NCBI GenBank assembly: GCA_964106915.2
Contig: OZ066925.1
Strand: one strand, 5' to 3'
DNA: 64,000 bases
From: Podarcis gaigeae
Taxonomy: Eukaryota
The translations under genes and the position numbers were made by a program. Within the stretch, counting starts at the first letter, position 1, and each line of letters opens with the position of its first letter. The notes under the pieces are model-generated. The model made no database searches. It was not told the DNA's origin and was given only the letters and a program-made list of their open reading frames with translations. Positions 12,680 to 26,781 of this stretch are shown piece after piece.

Positions 12680-14400
12680 TAGGTATGGAAGTCACACTGG
12701 GTGACATCCTGATAGCTAGTAAGGCCTAAGGTGGAAGGATAATAGCTGGGGCTGAGAAGAGCCCTTCCTTGCACAGCTGGTGCACCTCTGCAGGAAGTGT
12801 TCACAGAACCTCCATCAAGAGCCACCAAGAACGTCTTGGCCACCTACAAATAACCAAAGTAGCATCTAATCGTTCTAACTGTCATAGGGATTACAGCAAA
12901 CAAAAGGACTAAGAATACATTTGAAAGGTATCGTGTGCTTTTTCATAATTCATGTCTGCACCCTTATTTGGTCCCCAGTTTGCTTCTTCAGCAGACATGA
13001 AAGTCAACAACTGGAACCCAAACATAACTGATCAGAAGGAACCTCCAGAGTTAGAGATTGTTCCAAATGGCCTATTTGCTGCCTGCTCAACTACCATCCA
13101 AGCATTGTAGATGCCTCTCAGATACCTGGCTGTTGGAGGAGTCCTGCTTTACTCAACAGAAGGCATGCAAGGGCTTTCCACAGGTAGGACACAGCTTCCA
13201 ATAAGCTTTTTCACATGTATTTGTTGGTTTGGAAAGACACATTTGTTCTGTCCAACAGGAGAGCAAAGGTTCTGAGAGTCAGACAGACCACTCAGAACTC
13301 TAGGAAGCTGATGCTACAAGATGTCTTACAGTGTGACCACAGCTCCTAGATGAAGAATTATTTGAAGTGCGCTTCCCACATAGGTAGGCTGGCAATGGTT
13401 ACTTCTGAATATACTATGAGTAAGTCTTTGATATGTACACCTTTCCACCATAGTCCACTGGGATATTGACTTTTGAGTTCCTGGGTATTCAGATATGTGG
13501 GTTCAATCTTGATGCAATTTGATCTTGAAGATTAGCAGGAATGTCTGAAGAGCTCAGACATGTAGATAGGCCCAAGAAAGTCAGCTGAAATTAAAACCCA
13601 TCATTTCCAACAGTCTGGCTAAGAGTTAAATCTCCTTTGACCAGAGATAACAGGTTTTCCCCCCTCTAAAAGAAAAGAAAAACAATTGGCTTCCAGAAAG
13701 AGTTATCAAAAACATGTGCCTCTGGGGCTTCTGTACAGTAGTCTGCACATGTTAAAAGACACAACCAGGTAGTCTTACAAACAGGAATAAAACTTGTACT
13801 CTACTATCTTCAAGTAAGTCTTATGGGTAACTAGGACCAAGGACAGGAAGAAGGAGCTGAAGACAGAACAACTGGCACTGAAGTGCAGAAGGAACAATTG
13901 CAAAGTCAACGAGGCAGTTAGTAGTCCTGCATAAAATTTATTCATGCAAGGAAATCTTAACAATACAGGCATGCGGAAATAGTGTGACCCATCTCCATGC
14001 CAAAGCATGGAGATCTACGATCTTTCTGAGGTCTTCCGATTTCTTCAATATACTGACAAAAATATAATTCACCTTAAAGAAGTAATTATCCCTCTGGAAC
14101 TAGCTCGGAGTCTATTACGGTACTCTTCTCTCCAGAAAGTATTGGATAGCATTGGAATAGTGTTGCATCTTTCTTGGGTTGCCTGAGCAAGGGAAAGTAA
14201 GGAATGGTCTCTAAGTATGCTTGAAGGGGGAATAACTTTCTCTCACTGTTTGCAGAACCCACCTACAACATGGCCCTTCAACCACATATCTGAAAGTGTT
14301 AAGAAACTAAGGAGCCTTGAGTCAAGAGGAAGGGTTTCTCCCCAGGTTAGGGCTGATCAGAGTTACTCTTTGGTTTGGGAGAACTTTTGGAGTTTGGTGT
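12680..14400 (-). mobile_element. Possible highly decayed DIRS-like retroelement RT remnant
   Basis: Minus-strand translation near 14000-14070 (ILKKSEDLRKIVDLHAL) resembles the RT motif VPKKxGxxRPILDLRxLN; the rest is unrecognisable and the boundaries are approximate. Confidence 0.3.
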
Positions 14401-14984
14401 TGCTTCTCTCATGGTCAGTGTTAGAAACTGAGATATGAAAGCTAGGAGCTAAATGGCACCTTAAACCTAGGTTATAGGTGCAACAAAGGAATGTCTAGGT
14501 GAACTTTTTTATAACAAGAATACAAAGCTGAAAATGAATGAACTGCTGCTAAAATATTATGTTAATTTTTCACATGGACTAGTCGTTCCCCTGCCCACCC
14601 CCCTAATATTCTTAAGAAAATCTCTTCTCCAGTCTTCAGAGAGTAGCTGGAAGTGGGGAGATAGAAAAAGGTCCTCCTTTCCTTCCACTCTGCAGTTTTA
14701 ATCTGAAATCTTAGGCACAGTTCTGCACCCTGAGCTCAGAAACATCTTGCACTAATGAAATTCCCTGTCACAAAATGCGCCTAGAACAATGGGAGTTTCG
14801 AAAACTGCTCATGGTATCCCTGAGATGGATGGCAGAAACAAGAGGAATGTCTAGAACAGGAGGGTATCTTGTCCATAAAACAAAAGGAGCATAAGGCAAT
14901 CACCAAATACTGGAAAATGAAAGGCAAGACCAGAGTGCGTTTCTACTATGTTGGTTTTTGGTTTCTCACTCCCTCTCTCTCATT

Positions 14985-15212
14985 GTTTATTTATTATTGT
15001 TATTGTTATTAATAATATCCACCCATCTGACTGAGTTGCCCCAGCCACTCTGGGTGGCTTCCAACAAATTAAAACACTAAGCACAGTAAAACATCAAACA
15101 TTAAAAACTCCCTACACCTTCAGATACCTCCTAAAAGTCAGATAGTTGTTTATTTCCTTGACATCTGACAGGAAGGCATTCCACAGGGCGCGACTACCGA
15201 GAAGGCCCTCTG
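14985..15212 (-). mobile_element. L2-type LINE 3' fragment
   Basis: ccatctgactgagttgccccagccactctgggtggcttcc...ttccacagggc...gagaaggccctctgc with an (AAT)n tail matches my recollection of a lacertid L2 3' end. Confidence 0.7.
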
Positions 15213-15580
15213 CATCCTTCCCTTTATGCAGCTCCTGAAGAGCACCACAGTGTCTTCCTATACAAACAGATAGATGACTTGGAATAGATGGAAGGTGCCA
15301 ACTTCAAAAGAAACTACCTTCCGAATTCCTGGAAACAGAACTTATCTCAATATTGAACGCCCTTCTCTGTACAATGAATGAAAATAATTTAACAAAAACT
15401 ATTTGCTTTTAGAAGACCTGCTAATTTGTTTTATCAGACCATCTTTAGTATTCTTTTTATTTATTGCTTACTATACAACACACCAGTACTTAGGTGGTGT
15501 CGAACATGCCCTACTCCCAGCTTCAATCAGGAAAGAACAGCCACAAATTAGTCCAAGTTTGAAAACAGATGATTCAACAA

Positions 15581-15705
15581 TCAAATTAAAGTTGGGTATC
15601 TCAACACTAGCATTATGAAGCTGAGTTCAATATTAAAATCTCACATTTCAAAGTAGCATAAGGGTTATGTTGTTTATATTTATTAAGTAATTTATATCAG
15701 AATCC
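15581..15705 (+). repeat. Copy 1 of a ~125-bp direct repeat (copy 2 at 20636-20765)
   Basis: tcaaattaaagttgg-tatctc-acactagcattatgaagct...gtttatatttattaagtaatttatatca-aatcc is present in both. Confidence 0.9.
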
Positions 15706-18700
15706 GGCTACAAGCAGATATAAGTACTTAATACAATATATTAGCAGTAGTCGGTGACAGCACTTGGGTAACTTAAGTTTGCATTAGTGCTTTTTCTTTT
15801 AACTTGCAGAGCCTTAATGAAATTCAGAGGGAGAAAGCTGCTGACTCAAAAGCTGGCATGTGACATTCCTTACAAGCTTAGGAGATCCCCACTCTAACCC
15901 TTAAAAAAATGACGACACTATTGCATTGTTAGTTGGCTTTCAACCAAGCAGCTGCCTTCCAGAAATCCTGTTATAAAGCTGACAAAGAATGCTGATGCAC
16001 AACATTCCTGATCAGCATCCAGTTGGAACAGATTTCAATCCAATAACTGGTTCTAAATATGCTGAACTAAAAAGCTTTGTTGTGTACAGTGCAGGCTTCC
16101 AAACAAAACCGTAAAACAAGAAAGATTGCAAATACTGGGTGCTTTGTAACAGTTTAAAAGAACCAACTCCCTCACAGCTTTTTAAGTCTCTTATTGATTT
16201 ATTTAAAGCACACACACACAAACACAAACAACAACTAACACCCAAATGTTTTTGCAGAGATACTGAGCTTTAAAAAATAAGTGTCTCTGGTATCCATTCT
16301 TACTCCAGGGCATTTTGCTGGAGATCAAAGATGTGCAATTTAAGAGTAGTAGAACAAGCAAAACATAAGGTCAGTTGTTTATGCAGTGATTAAGACCTCT
16401 GTGGAAATCTTGCAAGATATATATTGCCAGCTACAGCAAGAAACTGGAATTTAAATTAGTGAATCTAATACACAAACAAAAAGTATCCAGCTTCTTAGGA
16501 AGAGCAAGATGCTATTAGACAAGAAACTGATGCAGAAGGAAAAACAACTGTATAATGCAACAATGCGACAGGGCAATTTACAGTAAGTTGACATGATGAA
16601 AGCTTGGTATAGCAACAGTTAGTGATATTGTCAGTTTCAAGTGGAGTTCCAACAGAACCACCAAGATGTAGTCTTATGTGTAGCTTCTTCCAGGCCCCTC
16701 TGCCCACTGAACCTCTTGTCTTTATCTTTACTTAATGCCTCAAAATTTGAACTTTTGTTCTTCTACTGTTATTCTAAGATTATGAATGCAAGAGCTCTTT
16801 CTGTTTGCAGCAGGAATAGGAATTCAGAAAATGCTGCCAGGGTGCAGTGCAGGGTAACATTTTCCACTACCCTCTCCTTCCCCCAGCAACCCCTTTCTCA
16901 TGGTGCTCCAGAATGTCACCAAATGGTGCAAACCACAATTTTGAGGAACAAAGGGGATGCAGGGGGAAATGGCAGAAAATGCCATTCCCCCCCCCCATCC
17001 TAGTGGGAGCTTCCTACCAAATGAACTCCACCCACAGGTTGTTCCCACCAGCAGAACTTTAGTTAAGATCTAATCCCAAATTATTATTATTTTCGTTCTT
17101 TTACACGCTATTCTGTTTTTAATGTAGTATAAATTCTGTTAACAGAATACAAAACTAAAAATATAACATGGTCTATGATAATTTCCTCGTTCAACGCTAA
17201 ATAAGCTACATGTCATAAACACAACTTGAAACATAATATTGTAATAATGAAACAATTTTTATAATGTCTTAAAATATGAGAAAAATAGCTTTTCCCAGGG
17301 CAAGAAAAAACATGATTTTCCTGGCAAAGCCTACCCCTAATAAATACCATGCAAACCCTACCATTAAGTTGAAAGTAATCTTCATTTTAGGCAAGCATTA
17401 TCCAGAAGCAACTTTTGAAAATAGTTTTAAAGGCTTTATTATTTTTATAGCATATCCTCCAGATTGTTGATAATAGGAGGCTGATATTTTTGCGTAGATA
17501 GCAATTTAATGTTCGGCAGCTCATTTATATTTATTTTTAAATTGGTGTGCTGCCAAACATGGTTCTTTGGATCCCTCGGGCTGGCTAATACCATATCATA
17601 AATATAAGAACAGTACCAATTTAAAATACAGAAACATAATACAAGGGGGTGGGGAACCTATCTGGCAGGTTCCAGAAACATTTAAGTGTGTGTGCCCTTT
17701 CTTTAAGACTTCACTCCCTCCCCTCAAAGCCTGAAGCAGGAAGGATTTCATCAACTATCTAAAAGTAAAAATTGAGCTAGTCATGTTGTAACAGGACTTT
17801 TATGACTTGAAAAAGCTCCAGTGGATGGCACTGTGCAGATAAAACAGTGGTGAAGATAGGATTTCTTCAAAGACACCACCAAAGAATCTGTGTTCAGCTG
17901 AACCTAACTTGACCTTTCCTACACCTTTCTGCACCTCATCATCCATTTCCTTCATTGTTCTAAATTGCCTTGAATATCTAGAGCACGTCTGACCAGGCCT
18001 GATGGAGTCTGCCAACATCTGGAGGTGAACTGGCTACTCCTGTTCTACAGCCATCATGTCCAATACTCAAGCCGGTTCCAGTGGGTGGTAGAAGACCAAT
18101 CTTGGTCTGCCAAGGGGCCAAATTAACCCATGAAGCTATTTGCCCCAAAACATACCCACCTGTCCACCAGGCAGTGTCACTGGGTAACTTCAGCTGATGG
18201 ATAGGGGACAGGGTAAAATCCTGCTGAGTACTGTGAAGCCTGTAGGCAGCAGGACTACACTCTCTGCTCACCAACTGGAGAGCAGGAAACTCGGTCTTGC
18301 TGGGATTTGCTTTGCCAGCACATTCCCTGCAGGGAATGAGCTCAGGAAGCAGACCGCTCCCCGCACTGCCACAGGAATTCCCACCTATCAGTCAACTGAC
18401 ATGTTGTGGCCCACCCCCCATCAAAGTTGGGCCCCAGGGGTCGGGGGAAGATAAAGATGTGGCCTATTGAGCTAAGTAGTTATCCACCCCTGAGTTAGAG
18501 CTTTGACAGGATAGTCTGCCAAGTGCACCAAAAATGCAGTTTGGAAACCAACTAGATCCATCAACCTTCAGATGAGAACAATCCTTATTAGCCTGCCACA
18601 TCTGCAAGACTTGACAGATACTCCCAGAAAGTCAACTTTCCATGACAATGGAGTAGTTGCATCCCCCAAACAGCACCCTCTACCCACTAAGACAGTACCC

Positions 18701-20072
18701 TAATCGATACACATACTCCATGTCAGTAACCACAAGTTCATGGAAGTTAACACCTTATTCATTGTGGTAATACAACAGCAGAGACAAGGCTGAATTGAAA
18801 ATTCTTGACGTATATGAGCTGCTTTTCCATACAAAGTAGCATGAAGGCAAGACCAACTTGTTTCTTTATGCATATTTTCATCTCTTACACTAGACTCCTA
18901 CACAGAATAAGAGATAGCTTTGCATCAATAATAATCCATGTCCTATTTCAAGAAAATTATGCTAATGAATCATTAGGCAAATTAAAGCTAAGCTAAAGTA
19001 AGCAATGCAGACTTTTGCTTTCTTCTAATAAGCACATTTGGGGCTCTTAGCCAAAATTTAAAAATCATGTGTTACTGATTCCCTCTAAAAAGCATTATAG
19101 CAAGAAACCTGGCTTGTAAGTTAAAATGAGAGTATAAATATGTTTGTATTAGTGCCATGTTTTTATCTTTTATCCTATTTCTGCTTTTTGTAAGCCACCT
19201 CAAAAAGTCTCAAAAAGAGATGGGTCTATAAAATAAAACTTTATCATGGAACCATGGAAAAGGAAAGTAATCACCACGGAAACCCAAATTAAGCCTTCAC
19301 AAAAATGAAAAAAATTAAGCACAGATAAGTTTCCATGTATTTTAATACAAACAACCTGCATTGGCTCCAAAGTCTAATTCAAAGTGCTGATGACCCTAAA
19401 TGGTGTGGTCATGGATACATCTCTTCTTCTACATGAGCCTAGCCACAAGTTTAAAGACCTTCTTCAGGAGCCCTTCTCCATGTGCTCCCTCTATAATGGA
19501 TGGGTGCAGGGTTGGGCAAGCTAGTGTGTGCTGTGTAGATATTGCTGGACTACAAATTTTGCCAACCCTGATCATTAGCCATGCTGGCTTGGGGAGAAGG
19601 AAACACCATTTTAAAGTCATGTGGTATCATCAAGTAGTTGCTTGTCATATTAAGTGTGCCACTTGAGTTAGCAAACCATAGCCACCGAAAGAATTAAATA
19701 ACCTTCACTGTTCACTTACACTGAATTATTTTTGCATAAAATTAAAGTCTACAATTTATATACAGCCCTCTAGCATGATGCAGTGCTCTCATTCTCCATG
19801 TGTAAGAGGAAGATAAGATTTCTCATATACATGCTGCAAGAATAAATACATTTTACAGTGATGAGCACCTAAATTATTAAATATACAAACCCTGAAATAC
19901 CTAAGTTTCAGAGCTCTTTAAAATAACAGAATATTTATACGTGGGGCTCCAAAAATCTTAACCACACAAGCTATGTTCCAATTTTATCAGTTTATGCAAC
20001 TGAACTGCTGAAAAAGGAACAAAATCTTTAAATTACTAGAGACTTTTTTTTTTGAAAAGGTAAAAGACTTAC

Positions 20073-20127
20073 CCCCATTATCAGTCCTCTTCAAAGCACC
20101 ATCCTTATGAGGGCATAATTCGCATCT
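20073..20127 (-). CDS. MLLT10: MLLT10 coding exon 3 (55 nt): RCELCPHKDGALKRTDNG
   Basis: AF10 Zn-knuckle sequence; acceptor ttcctgcag and donor gtaagt. Confidence 0.97.
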
Positions 20128-20635
20128 CTGCAGGAAGGCAAACAGTTATTAAAACTAAGGTACCGTTCAAATATTTTCTGTAGTTGACCCATTTCCTATT
20201 TGTCTCCTTTCTCATAAATATAGATGCTTTCCTTAAGTTAAAAAAACCTCTCTCTAACAGATATCTATGTCTTAAAACACAGCTCAGTATCCAACATTTC
20301 ACATCCATGGTTTCTATTCATCTAAAGCTACTTATGAGAATGGCCATTTCTGGAGCTCAATTTCTAAATTACAGACAAGCCAAACCTCCAGAGCCTTTAA
20401 GTTCTGTATTTACAGGAACAACGACACAAATAAGACAACCATGTGTGCTTCTGCATACACACACTGCTTCAAGTGATAGTGCTAAAAGCAACACTGTTGT
20501 ATCAAAACCCACAGGATAGATCTGTTCTGCATGAGCCACATAATGTTATGGCCTAAAAGAATCAATACCAACCATTATTGCAAAACTTTATGTTGAAACT
20601 GTGATGTTTAGTACAATACTAACCATATCCAGAAT

Positions 20636-20783
20636 TCAAATTAAAGTTGGTTATCTCCACACTAGCATTATGAAGCTAAGATCAAACAACCAATATTAAA
20701 TTCAATTTGAAAGTAGCAGGAGAGTTATGTCGTTTATATTTATTAAGTAATTTATATCAAAATCCAGTTATATCAAAATCCAG
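20636..20783 (+). repeat. Copy 2 of the ~125-bp direct repeat, with a terminal tandem duplication of ttatatcaaaatccag
   Basis: Direct alignment with 15581-15705. Confidence 0.9.
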
Positions 20784-21493
20784 AACTTCAGTTCTCTATA
20801 GATACTTCTTTTTTACTTCATTGCCAATAGAGAATTATAAGAAAGCTTTATCAGTACTTGCAAAAGTATCCTCCAAGACTGGAATTAATAATACCCCAAA
20901 TAAGTTCATGTGTTGAAGCTAGAGCATTGCAGGCAGACTACAGAGCCAACCTGATTTATCTCTCTTTGGTTTACAGTGTATTCTCACAGTGGGGTGGTGG
21001 GTGTCCAAAAATCAGAGAGTAAAACATTTATCAAGATAGCAGAGTACCACACTTCTGGTGGCACAGTGTTTGTGTCTGGCTTCTCTCTCTCTCTCCCCTT
21101 GTTGCAGGGAGTCAATGGGGAAGAAAATGAAGGTTAGCATTCCCTCACAAGATCCTCTGCCATCCTTTCCCCTCACCAGAAAAAGGTTGTGGTGGTGGGA
21201 AACACAACTATGAAGCATGCAGTACGGTATTTCTGCAACTGTTAGCCTCTGAGCAGCACTGAAAATCCTGCCTGGTTCTCTCTGTACTTCCATATTAAAA
21301 CTAGAACATGAAAAAATCCAGGCAAAGGGAAAAAAATGAATTTCTATGGCTTCCAGCAAATATATGCCCACTGTTAACCTGAAAATGAGAAAGCTTCGCC
21401 CCCTGCTAAGAATAATACATTTTGAGCAATGCTACCAAGATAAGAACTAGATTAAAACATGCACCCAAGTATTACACACCAATTCAAACTTAC

Positions 21494-21573
21494 CACTCTA
21501 GCTGCTCTTTCCTGAGATTCACATTTTCTACAAAACCAAGGTCCAGTGGGTACTTGTACAATTCCATAGCATG
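21494..21573 (-). CDS. MLLT10: MLLT10 coding exon 2 (80 nt): ACYGIVQVPTGPWFCRKCESQERAARV
   Basis: AF10 PHD1 sequence; acceptor aaatag and donor gtaagt; frame joins the previous exon. Confidence 0.97.
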
Positions 21574-22770
21574 CTATTTTGGGAGAAAAGAGCCAAAAAA
21601 TCATATTAAAAATACATATATTATACAGAAAAATAAGTCCTGCAATACACACATAGGTAAGTGCAAGGGTCATTCTGAGAGTACATTTGCAAACTGGAGA
21701 AACTGTTGCGGGCACCACACATACATTTCAACCAAGCACACACCATAATGTATTCTACTGGCTACCATAGAATGTTTCTTTCAAGTCTAACTTCAACAGG
21801 GGGAGAGGTGGAAGAGAGGATGTTGTGGGAGCCCTTGGTCAATGGGTAAATAAATTTTATTTCATCTGTCTAAAAATCACAGGTTAGCAGTTTATTTTAG
21901 GGTTGTGCATTGGATTCAGAAGAACCCCAAGCTAAAATTTGATGCCTCAGTAGTATTGTAAGCTTACCTAGGTAATGACAGGACCTGTGCAAGTCTGCAC
22001 CAGTTAAAGCAGGGACCCTAAACCACTTAATATTGACTCAGTGATAGACATTTTAAAAATGCTGCAGACAAGTGTCTACTAAAACTGAAGATAAGCTTCT
22101 ACGCTTACCACACAAGTTAAATGCCAAATTGTGAGGTGAAAGGGCAACAGGCACACTACAAAACTGAAATTTAGCTCGCCAAGCTTAGGAAAGACGTCAG
22201 TATAGAATGGGATAGCTTCTTCACAAAAGACAGGTCTAGCTTGTAATCATAAAGCAAACCCCTTTTAGTTATTCCTATGCCAAAATCCATTTTTATAAGG
22301 TGTATCCCACCTACCTGCCTGCAGGGTTCGAAATTAGCAGGGCACCAGGCACATTTTGCAACTACAGATTCTCCATTTGCAAGCACCTCAGAAAGTCTAG
22401 GTGCCATTTTTTCCGCCTGGCTGACACTTAAGGATTACTGAAATGTATGTGCTTTGAAGCCTCAAAGTATATGTTAAGGATAGACAAGGATAGAGTGTTT
22501 GGAAAACCGAAGTATAGTACCAATATTTTTATTTCAACACCAAATTAAACATGTATTAACAACTTCCTGCTAAAAATGTGATATTAACAATATGTCTCTT
22601 ATGCTTATCAAAATAATAAATTAAAAGTGTTGCCGACCCCCACCCCACCCCCCGACATTCTGTTTTGGCACCCAAAACCCAGGTCTCAGAAGCCATTTGG
22701 CTCCTAGCTTTTCTATCCTAGCTTCTAACACTGCTTGCCTGTAATTTAGCAAGCATTATCCACTCTACAA

Positions 22771-23122
22771 GGGACGCAGGTGGTGCTGTGGGTTAAACCA
22801 CAGAGCCTAGGACTTGCTGATCAGAAGGTCGGCGGTTCAAATCCCCGCAACGGGGTGAGCTCCTGTTGCTCGTCCCTGCTCCTGCCAGCCTAGCAGTTCG
22901 AAAGCACGTCAAAGTGCAAGTAGATAAATAGGTACTGCTCCGGCAGGAAGGTAAACGGTGTTTCCGTGCGCTGCTCTGGTTCGCCAGAAGCGGCTTAGTC
23001 ATGCTGGCCACATGACCCAGAAGCCGTACACCGGCTCCCTCGGCCAATAAAGCGAGATGGGTGCCGCAACCCCAGAGTTGGTCACGACTGGACCTAATGA
23101 TCAGGGGTCCCTTTACCTTTAC
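22771..23122 (+). mobile_element. Full-length Sauria SINE with 12-bp TSD
   Basis: gggacgcaggtggtgctgtgg head, B box GGTTCAAATCC at 22834-22844, (CCTTTA)n tail; TSD tatccactctac at 22757-22768 and 23123-23134. Confidence 0.92.
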
Positions 23123-23887
23123 TATCCACTCTACGGGGACCTAGTATGCCTACAGAATTTGTTAACTTCTGTCAAAAGTGGGGGGGGAGTGTCTCCCTTT
23201 TTTTGCCCATTAATGAATGAAGGGGAAACATGTGGACTAAGACAAACCTACAGAGCTTCTTGAACCAAGGCTGGCTGTTTCCTATAGTATCAAATCTTGT
23301 GGTCTAAATGTGCATGCAGACACACACAACATACACACACCGGATTCAGTCAAGTATGGTAAAGAAAGAAAATTATACTAATTTCAAAAGGCATTTACAG
23401 CCAAATGAGTTTATAACCAACACTTGCACAATTCTGGGTGCAATCCACATCCTATTGAAAGCAAAGACAGAACTACCATTGTTTCCAATTACACAAATTG
23501 CATTTTTTGTGTTACAAATAAAAACATTGTATAAAAACAGCCTTGCAGAGCAGACTGCCAAATTTAACAACAATATGTAGGTGTCACTATAAAAACACTA
23601 TCCAAAAACATAAGGAGAGTCATTTTTACACTCAAAAGTATGTCCATTTCTAATCACTACTCTTGTTATCTAATATACCACAACAGAGGATATGTGCAGC
23701 ATTATCACAGAAGAAAGAACATTAGCCCAAAGATGCAGTCTCATCTTGAACCTGAATTCTTGTTTAACAATGGCTGCACTCACACATAATAAGCCAAGAA
23801 CTGCGGCTAAACAACCCATGTTGTATGTGCCCAGTTACTTCTGTTTCACTCCATGCTTCCTGCGAGTGCAAAACCCGAGAAAAGGAG

Positions 23888-24026
23888 AGTTAGCATTATA
23901 TCCAAACCCAGGATCATTAAACCTTGGCTTAAAATTGACTTAAGTTTGGTTCAAGATACGTGGTTTACAGACCTGGCTTGTTAGGGAGAAACAACCCACG
24001 ATCCCAGGTTTGGAAGTAATGCTAAG
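23888..24026. mobile_element. Small MITE-like inverted repeat
   Basis: ttagcattatatccaaacccaggatc pairs with gatcccaggtttggaagtaatgctaa. Confidence 0.55.
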
Positions 24027-26713
24027 TTAACCCTTCCTAGTTTGTTTACTTGCTCATGCAAAAGGAGAAACTAAGTGACAGCAATCAGCCTGCATGCACT
24101 AGCATAAACCTCCTGCACAGTATGGTGTATAAGCCAAGGTTTTTAGCTTACAATTATATGTTAAATGTGGCCACTGAATCACTGGCACTTGAAGGCGTTC
24201 ACCCTTATGTGCCTGATCTTTTCCATGACTCCTCTCTAGTTTCACACTTTGCTGGAGATAAAGCCTCCCCCAATTAGACCCAAATCTGAAGTCTAAAGTT
24301 AAATAATCCATTTGACCTTGCATACCTAAGCTCCTGTTTGTGCTTCTCAGCCTGCCATCTCTTGTGACCTGCCTCCTGGTATGCCTTTTACTCTTTCCAC
24401 AGTTCCTGCTCCCAGTCCTTCTGAATAATCTACCCAGCTGTGACCTTGGCTACTATCAGTTGTGATGTTGGTTCTTCTTTTGCATGTAAGGTATAAACTG
24501 ACTGCATGTAAGGGATAAACTGAGTCTCTTCTGACTCCTGAGGTCTGGTTCCTCTTTATGCTTTGTGCCTTAGACTTTTTTCATGGTTCCTGATCCCTCT
24601 CTTGTCTGGCTCTCATTCCATGGCTCCTCAAAACCTGCTGTTTGTAGACTCTGCATATCCATCCAGAGCTCTAATTCTGCAGCAACAAGCTTATCAGGTG
24701 TAAACTCAATGAAAACACCCATCCCTACAACAAAGTGCTCACCAACTGCAGCACTCTGTTCTCATTCCCATAGGCATTTGGGCCAAAAGTGTAATTTCCC
24801 CCATATTGGGAAGTGTGCCAGGGACAGTCTCTTCTGGTCTTAAATGGCCCAAGAGGAAGATGAGATATTTCAGATTCCAAGAAAGACTGCAGAAGCAGCA
24901 GGAGGGGACAAGTGAGAGAAATACAATAGAAAACACCCATGTACTGCTCCAGAGAACAAGGAAATTAAACATTTTACAGTCCTTATCATGTCTATCTACT
25001 CAGGCAATGTGAATAACCCTGCACACCTGTGCAGTCCCATCCTGATTAATGAAACTTAAGAAGTCAAATCTATGCTCAAGTACATATTATTATCCCTGAC
25101 ATTTATTTATATAGCACCATCAATGCACATGGCGCTTTATACAATTAAAGTGAGAAATTATGGAGCTCGAAACAGGTATATGTACTCAAAACTGCCTTCC
25201 ATCAGCATTTGCCAATGCTGGTTATACCTTTTATACTTGCTCTTAAGCCTCAACAATTTGCCCTCACATAATTTATGATGAAATGCTACATATGTGCAAG
25301 TCTCTCTAAATCCATGTGTCACAGGCATGACTGAGCTTAGGAATTAATATTGCAGAGACCACTGTGCAAACAGATCAACTAGCCCAAGGCTTTATATAGT
25401 CCAGAATTCAACTGCATCATAAAGCTAAATACCCTGAATATGTGCACAAGCAGAGAGCATGTAACAAAACTAAGTTGGAACAGCGGATCATATAGAATTC
25501 TACTTGAGAATTCATTAGTGCATCAGATCGGCACTATATCTCTGGATAGCTTGAGTTATACAGCACACAGTATGATCTTATGTGTATTTACTTGGAAGTT
25601 AAATTGCATGGATTAAACTGGGTTTATTTCCAGATATGTATGCATGAGACGGGGCCTTAGATACACTTTGCAGTGTAGGCTGAAGCTCCCAACCAACCAC
25701 AACTGCAGTGGCTTCTGCATCTGAATTAATAAAAATATTGGGTGTATTGGGAATGTTTTCCAAAACAGAGCCAAATAATTCTATCACCTAATTAGCCAAA
25801 GTGATTTCAGAAATTTTGGGAAATGGTGTTGTCAGCATGTCCAAAAAGATGGAATAAACCTCATGATGCCTCTAACCAGAACAAAAAAGAAAATACAGGG
25901 TCTCTCTTAATACATAAGTTGTGCAAAAGTAACTGGCTTTCTTAAAGCAAATTTCCATGCTAGCACCCCTCTCCTTTCCTTATCTAGAAGAAAATGTTTA
26001 TGTCCTACTCCATTTACTCCTCAGTGTTAGGACACCATCAGACGCCATTCTTAGTCTCTGTGTCCTAGGCTGCCATTACATAAACAAAGAGGGTTAGTTA
26101 CTTTAGAGGAAGGGGATACTTATTTCTGTACTGTTCACATACTTTGCATGTGTAAGTACATTCCCCACAAGGAGAACCAATTCAAATGGAATAACTATTC
26201 AGGTGAAGATTGCTCTGGTTTCCCTTTTTAAGGTGTCATCTCACGTTATTTCTGCAGCTCTACAAAAGTCTCCCACAATTTCAGATTCCTTTACTTAACA
26301 TGCTGTCGCTTAAGATTGGAACACTAAAGGAATGACAGCTGTTCCTCGCTACTGTCCTGCTGCACAGTCACCTTGCTTCTAGGTCCCCTGGGGAAATAGC
26401 AGCTACTACAGGAAGAGGGGGGCCCTAAGCTGTTTCTTCTCCACGAATGTCTAGCTCCCTCTAACAGGTTTATTGGTACACATGAAATCAATAATAGAAG
26501 TTTGGGAGTGAAGTTTTCCCAGGTAAAGCTTTCCTGAAATATAAAGGAAATAGTACTTTGATTTTCCCACAGTATATTAATAGTATTTAATTTAATTTCC
26601 ATAGAGAGAGCCAAGCCTTATTGCAAATAACTTTGAGGACCCTAGTGCAGTCCCAAACAATGATATAACAAAACAGACATTTGCAGCTATTTTTCAGATA
26701 ATATAAATTATAT

Positions 26714-26781
26714 GTGCATTTACTTGGGAGTAAACCCCACTGAACTAAATGGGATTTACTCTGAGAAAACATGCACAGGAT
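26714..26781. repeat. Dispersed quasi-palindromic squamate repeat (tacttgggagtaa-cccactgaa...tgggacttact...ggattgcagc family); other copies near 630, 6430, 11010, 32085, 32205, 33850, 39190, 40010, 40120, 47590 and 62075
   Basis: The same degenerate motif recurs in both orientations within the window. Confidence 0.6.

Noticed and set aside
17642-18492. hAT element with possible DIRS gag-like insert
   Set aside because: TIR-like ends but no TSD, and the protein similarity is too weak to support a call.
22771-22850. tRNA gene
   Set aside because: The A/B boxes belong to a SINE head; there is no cloverleaf or poly-T terminator.
24481-24523. Short duplications (tgcatgtaa...ataaactga twice; also near 11552 and 32521)
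   Set aside because: Ordinary slippage-type duplications; no spacer array, so not CRISPR-like.
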